Shown here: piece after piece, positions 1 through 12,104 of the stretch
Numbering within the stretch: the stretch's first letter is position 1
How the letters are laid out: every line of letters begins with the position of its first letter
From: Octopus vulgaris
Lineage: Eukaryota
Assembly (NCBI GenBank): GCA_951406725.2
Contig: OX597834.1
Coordinates: 23,436,001 to 23,500,000 of the forward strand
Reading direction: 5' to 3'
DNA: 64,000 nucleotides
Made by a program: the position numbers and the translations under genes
Notes under the pieces: model-generated
Told to the model about the DNA's origin: nothing
The model's database searches: none
What the model saw: only the letters and a program-made list of their open reading frames with translations

Positions 1-241
1 ATTCCACCGAGGTTGACTTTGCCTTTCATCCTTTCGGGGGTCGATAAATTAAGTACCAGTTATGCACTGAGGTTGATGTAATTGACTTAATCCGTTTGTC
101 TGTCCTTGTTTGTCCCCTCTGAGTTTAGCCCCTTGTGGGCAATAAAGAAATAGATCTTTATGTTCCAGTTTTCGGCTCCATACAGAAGAATTAATCCCTT
201 TGTCTGTCCTTGTTTAGCCCCTTGTGGGTAGTAAAGAAATA

Positions 242-1012
242 GGTGGTAGCAGGGAAGTGTATCAGACTGCCAGAAGGGAAGCTAGGAGGTAAGTTTATTT
301 AGCCAGAGGGGAAGCAGATAAGAAAAAATCTGCCAATGTTCTGTGCTGTGAGGACGAAAGACTTGAGGTATTTCGTGTTGCAAGACAGTGTGTGAGAGAG
401 AATCGTGATGTGGTAGGAGAGAAATGTGTTTGCATCGATGATAGTTCACCTGCACTAAATGAGGATGCAAAGAGAGAGGTTTGGAGACGCCACTATGAAA
501 GGTTGCTGAATAAAGAAAATGAATGGGAGAAAGAGAGTCTACCGAATGTCAACCCAACAGAGGGACCAGCTATCTGAGTTGACAGTACCTTGGTAGATAA
601 CGCAATTAGAAGTATGAAGACAGGGAAAGCCCCAAGCCCATCAGGAATTACTAAGGCACCATTCGAGCGTGATTGTTACCAGCGTCGCCTTACTGGCACT
701 CAAGTCCCGTGCTAGCAGGGTATTAAGAGCACCATCCAAGCGTGATCGTTGCCATAGCGACTATCTAACCTCCGTGCCGGTGGCATGTAAAAGACACCAT
801 TCGAGCGGGATTGTTACCAGCATCGCCTTGCTAGCTCCTGTGCTGGTGGCATGTGTAAAAGATTCGAGTGAGGTCGTTGCCAGTACCGCCTGACTGGCCC
901 CATGCCGGTGGCACGTAAAAGTACCCACCACACTCTCTGAGTGGTTGGCGATAGGAAGGGCATCCAGCTGTCGAAACTCTGCCAGATCAAGATTGAAGCC
1001 TGGTGCAGCCAT
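242..1012 (+). mobile_element. RTE-clade LINE remnant, internally deleted (pre-RT ORF region fused to 3' UTR)
   Basis: Decayed frame ..WRRHYERLLN..AIRSMKTGKAPSPSGIT, then jumps at about 653 to the 3' UTR seen in 53022-53900. Confidence 0.8.
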
Positions 1013-1569
1013 CAACCTGGATATTGTCAACATTCGTTCAACTAATCAAACAAATGTTGGCTATGTTTAGGTTGATGTTTAAAATTTTATCTAATGATGG
1101 TGGTTTGTATATTAGGATGTAATATTTTATGACTGCATTATATAAATAACATTCTCCTGAAACAGCTGTCGTGTGAGTGGATATGCTTCATTTCTAATGA
1201 ATCCATATAATAAATAAATATGTAGTGCTCACCGCCACATTGGTGGATAAAAATTCTTTATTTGTGTATTAAGGCTACCTTTGGTTTCATGTTAAGAAAA
1301 TATCTTAACAATTTTTCAAGCTTATCACATGGAGGAATGGCATTTGTCTCTGTTTTGGGTTAATATGGTAGCCTTAATACACAAATAAAGCATATATATA
1401 TATGTGTGCTGGTGAATGAAGGTATGGTGAACTAAGTTTATGTAATGCTTAATGATCCTGGAAATATAAAAGGATGCAATCTGCTCTGTCATGACTACAT
1501 TAAATGAATTTCTGGTGAAACAGTTGTTGCAAACTTGAATAAATGCCATTTGTCTATGATATATATATA

Positions 1570-1877
1570 GGCACTGGAGTGGCTGTGTGGTAAGTAGCTT
1601 GCTTACCAACCATATGGTTCTGGGTTCAGTCCCACTGCATGGCACCTTGAGCAAGTGTCTTCTACTATAGCCTTGGGCTGACCAAAGCCTTATGAGTGGA
1701 TTTGGTAGATGGAAACTGAAAGAAGCTCGTCATATATATGTGTGTGTATGTTTGTGCGTCTGTCCATCACTTGACAACCGATGTCCCCTGTAACTTAGCG
1801 TTTCAGCAAAAGTGACCGATAGAATAAGTGCCAAGCTTACAAAGAAGAAGTCCTGGGGTCGATTTGTTCGACTGAAA
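1570..1877 (+). mobile_element. tRNA-derived SINE (abundant family; other copies 15462-15860, 56364-56752, 49726-50147 minus, 9704-9870, 3487-3638 minus)
   Basis: A/B-box head TGGCTGTGTGG...GGTTCAGTCCC; many similar copies in the window. Confidence 0.85.
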
Positions 1878-2310
1878 TCAGTTCTGGTCTGACTCCATCT
1901 TGCTTGTCATAGGGAGGGAGCCTGTCTTCCTTGTCAACCCTTAGAAAAGTGCTCTCACGTGGCTAAGAGTTGTTTTTTTACTGTTATCTCTAGCAATGCT
2001 GGTGCTTACTAGTTCCCTCAGTCACTTTAGTGGCCACTGTACTTGTTGCCCATTGGTTCTAAATTCTGAATAGCCACCTTAATCATTTATATATTCGGCA
2101 TGATTGATTGCTAGCAACTAAACCCATTTTTATTTCCTCTCTCTGTTTATTTCTGTGTTCCTTTCTATCGAAGAGCATAGGCTCAAAACAGAAAACACTT
2201 TTCACTTCCCAACTGTTAAACTAATACATCTGTTTGTTGTTTATACACCTGTCTTCATCTCTTGTTTTGTTTAATTTTTTGTAAATTTCTACTATATATA
2301 TATACATTTC

Positions 2311-2351
<41 letters not shown>

Positions 2352-2892
2352 TAGATAGATAGATAGATATAATGTATGTATGTATACATACACATATATA
2401 TACATATAGATAGTCCTACATAACACTTTCATTTTCCCTTGTGTCACTCCATACCTGCCTGCCTTGTGGTCGCATGGCTTTTTCATTGTACATGTGTATT
2501 TTATTTTGTCATGTTTGTTTCTGACATTGTCCTGTACATTTGTTAGCTACTCCCAGTGGCTCTTCACCACTGGCACCACCAAAAGTGAACAATATTAACA
2601 TCAAAGGTGCAAAATTAGATCTTTTGGATGTTGACTGATGATGAAGAATTACCTACAAATTTTCTGTTTGTTATATTTCTGTAACATTTTCCGTTTGTTG
2701 TGTTTTTGTTAAATTTTTTAAAATATAAATATAAAATCATCATTTAAAACCCACCTTACATACTGGCATGGGTGGGATACCCACATATATGTATACATGC
2801 ATGCACATATATATATGTGTTTGTGTGTGTGTATATATATATATATATATACATACTCACACACACACACAAACACATATATATGTGCATGC

Positions 2893-2946
<54 letters not shown>

Positions 2947-3191
2947 CTATATGAATAATATTTTGTCTAATGACTAATTCGTCTTTTGTGCTAGGCCACT
3001 GGTAATAATAACCTATGTTATTACCCTTTTTGATTATATATATATATATATATATATATATGATTAGAGATTGTGTAGCCTCATGAAGGGATGATTTGAT
3101 TCAAGGAAATACTGGTTCAATACCTAATATTTGGGGGGAATTAATTTCCTTAACATGATAGGTATATATATAAAAGCATAGTTTATATTCA

Positions 3192-3830
3192 TATAAAAGA
3201 AGAAGAAGAAAAGGGAGATTGGGAAGTTAATAATTATTTATTATTAGCAACAAAATAATCATCTTCACTTACAGCTATTTCAATTTAATACTCAGTGAAT
3301 TGATTAAATATTAAATTCCGTATGCCCTGAGTATAATATCTTCAGAGAGCAAAAAAATATATCCTTGGATGTTTTATATATGTTTATGGATTCATTATAG
3401 AAGACTACAGAGTCTGCAATATTGACATACCCCTCTCTCTCTCTTTGGGAGAGGCACAAGCACCTACACGCACATATACACACACGGCAGTAACTTCCAC
3501 CTACCGAATTCAATCACAAAGCTCCGGTCAGCTCGGGGCTATAGTGGAAGACACCTACCCAAAGTGCCACGCAGTGGGACTGAACCCGAAACCATGTAGC
3601 TAGGAAGCAAGCTCCCTAACCACACAGCCATGCCCGCATAACACATATAAAACATCCAAGGATGTATTTTTTTGCTCTCTGAAGATATTATACTCAGGGT
3701 ATGTGAATTTAATATTTAATCAATTCACTGAGTATTAATTGAAAAAACTGTAAGGTATGATGATTAATTTGTTATCAATAATAAACAATTATTAACTTCC
3801 CAATCTCCATTTTCTTTTTCTTTTTTTATA
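3192..3830. mobile_element. Fold-back element with hammerhead-like motif in each arm (Penelope pLTR-like), SINE inserted in the spacer
   Basis: Inverted arms about 3192-3382 and 3644-3830. CTGAAGA at 3679 and GAAA at 3741 on +. The minus copy reads CTGAAGA..GAAA TAGCTG TA. Confidence 0.7.
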
Positions 3831-3833
3831 TAT

Positions 3834-3874
<41 letters not shown>

Positions 3875-4414
3875 TTCACACACACACACATATATATATG
3901 TACAAGCAGGAAATGGACATCAAGCACTCCCTCCATTTCTGATGAATGGTTTTCACCTGCTTCTGATTTAGTTTTGTGTTAATTTACCATTGCACATCCA
4001 TAAGACATATTATACCTGAACGAATACCACAGTTAGTTTGAACTTTTGTCATGTATTTGCATTAAGGAGCATAAACAAATTGCTATTTTAATCTAATACT
4101 AATTCTGTTGCACATAATCAAATTATACTTACACACACACACACAGACACACATACACATACACACACACACAAATACAAATATAAATGTGTGCATGTGT
4201 GTGTGTGTGTGTAGTGCTAGAAAATAAGGCTTGAATAGACCGAGGTGAATACCTCAATAAGCACTCCATGAAATGGAAATCTGGCCAACAGAATGTTAAA
4301 TGAGGAATATAAGAATCTCTCCAAGTTAATCTACCAAATTTCCAAAGTTATTCCACCAAGTGGTTGGTTGATGCATCAAGTCTAAAGTATATATTATATA
4401 TATATATAAAAATA

Positions 4415-4663
4415 AATGTGCCCTTTTAAAGCCTAGCCAGGCTCATGGGCCTGGTTTCCCGGTTTCAGTGGTGTATGTGTTCCCCAGCTGGACGGGATGC
4501 CAGTCCACCACAGCATTACTCATTTTTGCCAGCTGAGTGGACTGGAGCAACATGAAATGAAGTGTTTTGCTCGAGAACACAATGTGTCACCCGTTCCAGG
4601 AATCAAAACCACAATCTTACGATCATGATGCTGACACCCTGACCACTAAGCTATGCGCCTCCA
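4415..4663 (-). mobile_element. tRNA-derived SINE (related copies 5535-5787 minus, 33983-34325 plus, 55875-56208 minus)
   Basis: tRNA-like head followed by the shared domain tgtgttcttgagcaa..cacttcatttca.gttgctccagt.cactcagctg. Confidence 0.8.
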
Positions 4664-4664
4664 C

Positions 4665-4701
<37 letters not shown>

Positions 4702-4794
4702 TAACAATATAGAATGAAGTCCCTTTCTCTACAGAAAAGGAATCCATCCAGGAAGCGTGGCAGTATATTAAAAAAACCGTTACGGTTGAAGTAT

Positions 4795-5145
4795 AAACAT
4801 CATATAATTAAGGGCTAAAGAGGGTTATTCTAAAGCCAATACACTGATTTATCCACTTATAATCCACTTGTTACAGGAAAATTGAAACTGAAAACGGGCA
4901 ACTAACCTTTAGAAAATTTAAATTTCGTTATCTCTATATTGAATCAATTTCGGAATTAATCTTATAAAGGATCCTTTATAAGATTAATTCCGAAATTGAT
5001 TCAATATAGAGATAACGAAATTTAAATTTTCTAAAGGTTAGTTGCCCATTTTCAGTTTCAATTTTCCTGTAACAAGTGGATTATAACTGGATAAATCAGT
5101 GTATTGGCTTTAGAATAACCCTCTTTAGCCCTTAATTATATGATG

Positions 5146-5148
<3 letters not shown>
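4795..5148. repeat. Near-perfect 354-bp palindrome flanked by (TA)n
   Basis: 177-bp arms centred on GGA|TCC (4971/4972), no spacer, 2 mismatches by eye. Confidence 0.95.
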
Positions 5149-5192
<44 letters not shown>

Positions 5193-5330
5193 GTAGTTGA
5201 GGTGTGTTCTGTTAAGAATGTATAAGAGTACAAATGGAGCTCATTCACCTTGAGAATTCCCAAATAGCCGGTAGTATTGTTATGTTGTAGCATGGAAATC
5301 TAGATTTACTTATGGAGACTGCAACTGAGT

Positions 5331-5452
5331 ATTGCTTGAGGAGATACATATAGATCTTCTTATACAGGTAAATCATTACATAATTTAATTTGAACTCAAC
5401 TTTAAATCCTGTATATACGAGGATCTGTATCTATCGAAACATTTGTTGTGAT
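5331..5452 (+). ncRNA. Hammerhead-like motif with long helix II (degenerate)
   Basis: attgc TTGAGGA [gatacatatagatcttc..cagg / cctg..gaggatctgtatctatc] GAAAC ATTT GTT gtgat. Confidence 0.55.
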
Positions 5453-5964
5453 TAAAAAGCTGCCTAACTGTACTTACTCTTCCTTTTGACTCTTTTACTT
5501 TTTATATATATATACATACACACATACACACAGAGTAAAGTTCCTTCACAAGTCTTATGGACTCATAAGGGCCGCTTTCCCAGTTTCCATGGTGTATAAA
5601 TTCCCTACCTCCTGGATGGAACACCAGTCCATCACAGGATTACTCATTTCTCTCAGCTGAGTGGACTGGTGCAATGTGAAATGAAGTGTTTTACTCAAGA
5701 ACACAATGCATCGCCCAGTCCAGGAATCGAAACCACAATCTTGCGATCATGAGTTCAACACTCAAACCACTAAACTATGACCCTCCACACACATATCTAT
5801 GTATATACATGTGTGTACATCATTTAATATACACAGGATTTAAATTCAAGCTATGATTAATTTCATACTGTGAAAACATTATAATCTGACAATCTCATAT
5901 AACATGTTATGTGTTTCCAAGCAAACTTTCTAACTTGATCGAAGTTTGTAACAATAAATGCTTA

Positions 5965-6275
5965 ATTCAGAGATGGTGGTGTCCTCAGCTTTAACAAAAG
6001 GAATTTGTCTGTATATTTACATTTTATAAAAATTTCATATCTGAAATTGAGTAGGTCAGTAGAGTTCTTGGTTCTAAAAAGGATATGAGATCTTTCAGCT
6101 AAACAAAGCTTGCACCTCTTTGATCCATTAACGTCTGACATGGACATTCCAAGATGCTCTACTGGATGATGTGTAGTGTGCAGTGAGCCTTTAGATCCTA
6201 GCTATGGCTAGCTAACGTTGTGGCTTTCTACTTATCTATGTGTTAGAAACAAAACTGCTGGTTAATGCATTACTA
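5965..6275 (-). mobile_element. Penelope-like element, GIY-YIG endonuclease C-terminal remnant
   Basis: TTLASH..NGSKRCKLCLAERSHIL..LLNFRYEIFIKCKYTDKFLL fits the CxLCxxE..LNxRxE..CxH..KF pattern of PLE endonucleases. Confidence 0.8.
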
Positions 6276-6302
6276 TCTATCTATCTATCTGTCTATCTAC
6301 CT

Positions 6303-6338
<36 letters not shown>

Positions 6339-6750
6339 GTAAAAACAAAGATTGGACTATGTGGTACCATTTTACCACAGTATTAAATTGTTATCACATA
6401 TTACAGTCTTTGTTTTAATGCATACTCTACAAATGTTATAATTCACACGGAATTTGGAATTCTATTTATGACTTTCTCATTTAAAATAAAACATCTGCCG
6501 ATGTACAATTGAAAGCTGCACTGACAGATGTGCTTCATGAGAACCAGCAAAGATTTATGAGAAGCATAGCTGTTAATATTCCCAAAGATATGGGATTAGC
6601 ATTGCTTTAAATTAATCTAATTTAAGTTAATTTTCATTAATTAAGTACTCTACTTACATAATTAAAGAATTAATTATACTTATTTCTAATGAAATAGCTA
6701 TTGAAAGTATTTAAATTAATTTATCTGTGAAACTTATGTCTCTGCCTGTT

Positions 6751-6810
<60 letters not shown>

Positions 6811-7155
6811 CCTCCCTCTCTCTCTGTATACACATACACATTCCAGGGGACCAGGGGATGAGAAGTTCAAAAGGCTCTATGTCTGGCCACACAGAGTAAA
6901 AGACTCAGATACCTCTGAGAGTGAATAAGCATTCAATCTATGACCATTTGCCTGTCATCATACATTTTGTCAGACTAATGATTATGGATTAAATGTTTAA
7001 ATAGATAAATATATATATATGAATGGTTTACTTAGAGGATGATATTATCTGCAGGCCTTCAACCTGACCTGAATGTTTGCTATGAAGCAGTATGACTTGG
7101 CTGAAGGCCTCAGCATGGACCAGGTTATTGTATGAAATAGGGGCAACAGGTTGAG

Positions 7156-7761
7156 TTATCTATTGTATAGAAACAGGGAGCATATAACAAAAAATGTACC
7201 ACAGTAGAATGCAGGTGTAAGGTGTGTTTTGAAGAATATGACAGCAGCAACACAAGAAATTATGATGGACATGGAGGAGGCAAATGACTTGAGCACGTTG
7301 TCAGCATACTTGAACACAACAGCAATGCTGAGGCCAGCAAAAGCTTGAATGAAAAGCGACAGAAGCACAAGGTTATCGTAGCCAAAGAAAAAACCTTTTT
7401 CAGCTATAGTAGCTCCATCTTTTGTGACTATTCCTATGAAACCAAGGAAGATGCCATAACTGGCCAACTGTATGTTGCGTATCCAAACTGATTTGGAGGT
7501 TGATTTGAGGACTTTTTCAAAGTAGACCCCTGCAAACCCTGAAAGGAACACAGAGACGACAATGGCAATTACTCCAAGAAAATTATTCTGAGTCTGTTGC
7601 TCAACATGTTCATGTGTTTGTTCTGTGTCGAGGTTTAACTGTACTACACAGACACCGACGAATAACATCACAATCGCTATACCTTGACTGCGATTGATTT
7701 CTTTTCCCAGTATTATCACAGCGAATAAACATGTAGTGAAAATCCTAAGTTGATAGAGAAC
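7156..7761 (-). CDS. SLC35A-family nucleotide-sugar transporter (UDP-Gal/UDP-GlcNAc-like), last coding exon
   Basis: Translation VLYQLR...SGFAGVYFEKVLK..SVWIRNIQL..GFFFGY..KYADNVLKSFA matches SLC35A1/2/3 motifs. Polypyrimidine acceptor tttgcag precedes 7761 in phase 0. Stop TAA at 7158-7156. Confidence 0.93.
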   Translation of the reverse strand, partial: VLYQLRIFTTCLFAVIILGKEINRSQGIAIVMLFVGVCVVQLNLDTEQTHEHVEQQTQNNFLGVIAIVVSVFLSGFAGVYFEKVLKSTSKSVWIRNIQLASYGIFLGFIGIVTKDGATIAEKGFFFGYDNLVLLSLFIQAFAGLSIAVVFKYADNVLKSFASSMSIIISCVAAVIFFKTHLTPAFYCGTFFVICSLFLYNR

Positions 7762-7794
7762 CTGCAAAGAGAAAAAGAAGATATTGATTTAACA

Positions 7795-8120
7795 TTATTT
7801 ACATTGCTTGCTGTTAACACGCCGTTTCGGCTGATATACCCTCCAGCCTTCATCAGATGTCTTGGGAAAATTTCGAACATGGGTTCTCATTCCTAAGGTG
7901 TTTTCGCCGCCGCCACCGCCATTGTTCAGGTCACTGCCTGGAATTGAACTCGGAATCTTGGGGTCAGTGGGCCGCACTCTTAACCACTACTCCATATGCC
8001 TGATGAAGGCCGGAGGGTGTATCAGCTGAAACATTGTGTTAACGACAAAGAAGATGAAGACAAATATCTGTCAAATGTAAATAATGTACATAATTCCTCG
8101 TCTTTTAATTATAGAACTGT
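7795..8120 (-). mobile_element. Composite SINE: tRNA head + hammerhead-bearing tail + inverted tail copy, with 11-bp target-site duplication
   Basis: tRNA-like head about 7999-7927 (minus). CTGATGA..GAAAC on minus at 7856-7824 and on plus at 8000-8032. TSD TTGATTTAACA at 7784-7794 and 8121-8131. Confidence 0.8.
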
Positions 8121-8269
8121 TTGATTTAACAGTTTAAAAATTAGAAAAGAGAAAAATGAAAATAGAATAAAAACTAAAGAAGACATTAACTCTTGTGATA
8201 CCAGTCCACATGTGACCATCCTGTCTTTTATTCAGGCACAGTCTATCTAGTGCTACATGTCACCTTCCA

Positions 8270-9290
8270 TATTCTTTTAGCTAGAACAGCTAGAAAGAAC
8301 AGCTGAGTCACTCCTGAAATTGAACTCTACGGTCTTAAAAAAGGACACATTAGATAGTGTAGTCTTAGATACATTGTGCCTTAAAAAATGGATCACGGCT
8401 GAAATGCTAGACTTGTTAGAAATAGCAGCCAAATATCCCTCAAATGACAACATATCAGTTGAAGTAAAAAATGTGGATAGATTGGATAAAGTATTTCTTA
8501 GATTTACCACAATATAGGCTAGATGGTCATGACTGGAACATGTTTCATCCTAAACCTACTTGACAGGAATTGGCCTAGGGCTAAACAATGACAATAATAA
8601 CAGGTCTTTTGAAGAGAACATCTCTGCTGTTGCTCAACTTTCTAGAGATTGAAACCAAATCTTTCTCAAATCACATGCAGTTATCTTAAAACAAGAAGGA
8701 CACATTAGATAATGTAGTTCTAAATACACCATGTCCGAAAAAAAAGATGGGATAGTCATGGGTAGAACGTCATTGAACATTAGCCAACTGTAACAGGGAA
8801 GATCTGCAGCTAAATAACAAGATACATTAGCTCATGTAGTCCAAGATACATTATGGCTGAATAGAAGATAGGATGTCACAACTAGAGCATAGGTCTGCTG
8901 GATGAAAGTTGACTTAGGACTGAACAACAACAGAAGGAAGGACACATAATATAATGTAGTCCTAGATATGCTATGCCAGAATAAAAAATGTGAACATCAC
9001 AGATGAAACATTGTTGATCATAGATCACCTGGATCAGAAATGTCCTGGGGGCTAAACAATCAAAAAAGGGGACATATTAAATAATGTAGTCCAAAGTACA
9101 CTGTGTCGGAATAAAAGATGGGATTCAAACGGGCTGGCACAGGACCGCCAGCAATGGAGAGCTCTGGTGGACCTGGTCGGCTCTATGCATGATGACATCT
9201 TTGGAGCCACTAATCTAGGATGACCCCCAGCTCTGTCAAGCAAGCAAGCAAGCAATGGTTATTGCTGCATCTAGGCTGACCTAGAACCAA
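8270..9290 (+). repeat. Degenerate tandem array of a 120-250-bp interspersed repeat in the SLC35A intron
   Basis: About six recurrences of ggacacattagataatgtagtcc.agatac...ggggctaaacaac. A short RTE 3' end with (CAAG)n tail is inserted at about 9146-9253. Confidence 0.7.
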
Positions 9291-9340
9291 GGAATAACAG
9301 AAAGCAGAAGAAGAAGACCAAACAGGTCTCTAGAACTCAC

Positions 9341-9672
9341 CTGTACAGTTGCAACATCTAGGTTTGATATGGCTACAAAGAATAAATTATTCTGAAGGGT
9401 GTATAAAAACGAAGGTACCATCATTTTCAAAGTATCAATGTAACTGCCAAAGAAGCTATCGTATATTATATAGGGCAGGCGAACTAAGTTGCGTTCCTCA
9501 ACCACAACACACAACATACTTATGAAGAGTTTAAAGACTTCGCACATGACGACAGCTGTTGTTGATATAAAGAGAGGTCCTTGACGCATCCTTAGGTACC
9601 GCATTAGCAGAACGACAGTGGAATTCAGTACAGTCATTGCCACAAGACTAGCCACTTTCATGAAGAGTTTCT
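9341..9672 (-). CDS. SLC35A-family transporter, preceding coding exon (possible start ATG at 9661)
   Basis: MKVASL..LLMRY..FISTTAVVMCEVFK..DTLKMMVPSFLYTLQNNLFFVAISNLDVATVQ. Acceptor tttcag before 9672. Donor CAG|GTGAGT at 9341/9340 joins in frame to VLYQ. Confidence 0.92.
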
Positions 9673-10496
9673 CTGAAAGTAAAATGAAATAAATAAATAA
9701 ATGCAGGCACAGGGTGTGACTGTGTTGTAAGACGTTCGCTCTCCAGCCACATGGTTTTGGGTTCAATCCTATGGTGTGGCACCTTGGGCAAGTGACCTCT
9801 ACTATAGTCCCAGCCTGACCAAAGTTTTAAGTGAATTTGATAGCTGGAAACTGAAAGAAGCCTGTTGTATATATGTGTACATACATACATACATCATTTT
9901 ATATCCATTTTCCATGCTGGCATGGGTTGGATGGTTTGACAGGAGCTGGCAAGGCTGGAGAGCTGCACCAGGCTCCAACTGTCTGCTTTGGCATGGCTTC
10001 TACAGCTAGATGCCCTTCCTAATGCCAACCACTTTCCAGAGTGTGCCAGCTGCTTTCTATGTGGCACCTGCACAGGCGTTTATGACGTGGCACAGCACAG
10101 GTGCTTGTGTGTGTATGTTACTGTCCCTTTGTCTTGATATTCTGTGATAGTTGTAAACGAGTGTCACTGTTATGTAAGCAGTGTCTTTTATTTCCAATCT
10201 TCCATGGAAACATATCTGGCCAAAGGGGGAATATTACCTTATCTGGAAACAGGTAAGGGTCGGTGACTGTAAGGGCATCCAGCTGTAGAAAGATCTGTGT
10301 AAAAAAATTCCATCTGACTAAAGCAAGTATGGGAAAAGAGAAGTTACAACAACAACGACGATGATGATGGCGATGGTGATGATGATAATTAAATAAATAA
10401 AAATATAATTAACAAAACAAAATTACAAAATAGTAAATGTTAAAGAAACTTGTAATTTTATGAAGTTGGGGATAGAGTTGAGTCATTGTGAATAAA

Positions 10497-10924
10497 CCTT
10501 TCTACTAAGGGCACAAGGCCTGAAATTTGGGGGAGGGGAAACAGTCGATTACATCAACCCCAGTACGCAACTGGTACTTAATTTATCAAACCTGAAAGGA
10601 TGAAAGGCAAAGTCGACCTTGGCAGAGTTTGAACTCAGAACGTAAAGACAGGCGAAATACTGCTAAGCATTTTGCCTGGCCTGCTAACAATTCTGCCAGG
10701 TCACCACTTTAATAATAATAATCCTTTCTACTATAGGCACAAGGCCTAAAATTTGGGGGAGGGGGAATAGTCGATTACATCAACCCCAGTGCATAACTGG
10801 TACTTAATTTATCAACCCTGAAAGGATGAAAGGCAAAGTCAACCTTGGCAGAGTTTGAACTCAGAACGTAAAGACAGGCAAAATACTGCTAAGCATGCTA
10901 ACAATTCTGGCAGCTTGCTGCCTT
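10497..10924 (-). mobile_element. Two tandem SINE copies (family also at 1-150, 28690-28920, 46817-47036)
   Basis: Direct about 220-bp repeat containing ctttcatcctttc.gggt.gataaattaagtacc (Meta-domain-like by inference). Confidence 0.8.
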
Positions 10925-11774
10925 AAAGTCATTGTAAATAATAGCTCAATGTCCTTATTTAAGGACAATAATTACATTGAGACTTGTTTCTTTTTATGTC
11001 CATTTTCCAGTGCTGGCATGTGTTAGGAGAATGCATTTCATTGAGGCAAGACACCTGTACTTATATCCTGCTTTAGCCTTCAATCCCTGGCATTAAACCA
11101 CCCTCCTCTCTCCCAAATACATTCTTAATCAGCTGAGGTGGTGTTTTCTTTTCCCTTTTTCCTCTTGATGGTTACTTGGCGACTTCACTAGCCCTGGTGA
11201 AGGAGTTGCAATCCAGTTGTGGAAACCATGCCAAAGATGACACCAGGGCCCTGACATAGCTCTGCATCTTTCCAGATCCTGTCAAAGTGCCCAACCCATG
11301 GCAGCGTGGAGAATGGATGTTGAATGATGATGAAGACACATATGTGTGTGTGCCTATGAATGTGTGTGTGCATGCACGTGTGTGTGTTTCTTTGTCATCA
11401 AGTCACATGGTGGTTGTAAAAGTGCATCACATCTAAAACACCCCCCCCCCTCCACCACACAACTACAACACCATCCTAACAACAGTTTTGCTCTCATCTC
11501 TTTTAGACCAGTGGCTTGCAACCAGTTTTTATCTATATCTATGAACTTCTTTGACCCCTATTTCACTTCTGTAGACCCTCACAGCCATTTGATGTTTCAA
11601 AAAAAAACATCTTTATAATGAAAAATTATTAGGAATTGTACAAAAAATTGTTAAAATACTTTTTGTATTGTACAAGTATATAACCAATTTATTGCACATA
11701 AATTTTAGCAACAGAATCCAAGGTAGACCTGCCAAGGGCCATTTGGATTCTGGTTGAGAAGCTTTGGTCTAGAC

Positions 11775-12104
11775 CAGGGCTGGCCAACCTGAAGCCCACG
11801 GGCCACATGCAGCCTGCAGACTTTTATCTTGTGGTTGCTTGATACTTTCTTGAAATGGGTTTATTTAAACAAACATTTAAAAAATTTTATCAAAAATTCA
11901 AGGTTGTAATGAAAAATATAAAAGAAAGATACTATTGTTTTAGCAACGATAATATTTCATGTTGAATCGACAATTGTTCAGTCATTATTGTAATAATAAC
12001 ACGAGAAAGCAAAATGCTTTGAATTCTGTCAGTGTACAAGTGGCACTCAAAAAGCTTTCTGTGATTAAAATGGTCCACAATGTAATTCAAGTTGGCCTGG
12101 CCTG
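11775..12104. mobile_element. hAT-type MITE
   Basis: Terminal inverted repeats CAGGGCTGGCCAAC / GTTGGCCTGGCCTG. 8-bp TSD GTCTAGAC at 11767-11774 and 12105-12112. Confidence 0.85.

Noticed and set aside
6491-6530. Hammerhead-like hairpin acatctg..GAAA..cagatgt
   Set aside because: Core has multiple mismatches (CCGATGT) and no valid helix II or UH site.
8270-9290. Repeat-spacer-like array suggestive of CRISPR
   Set aside because: Units are long, degenerate and irregular, match a dispersed repeat, and sit in a eukaryotic intron with no cas genes.
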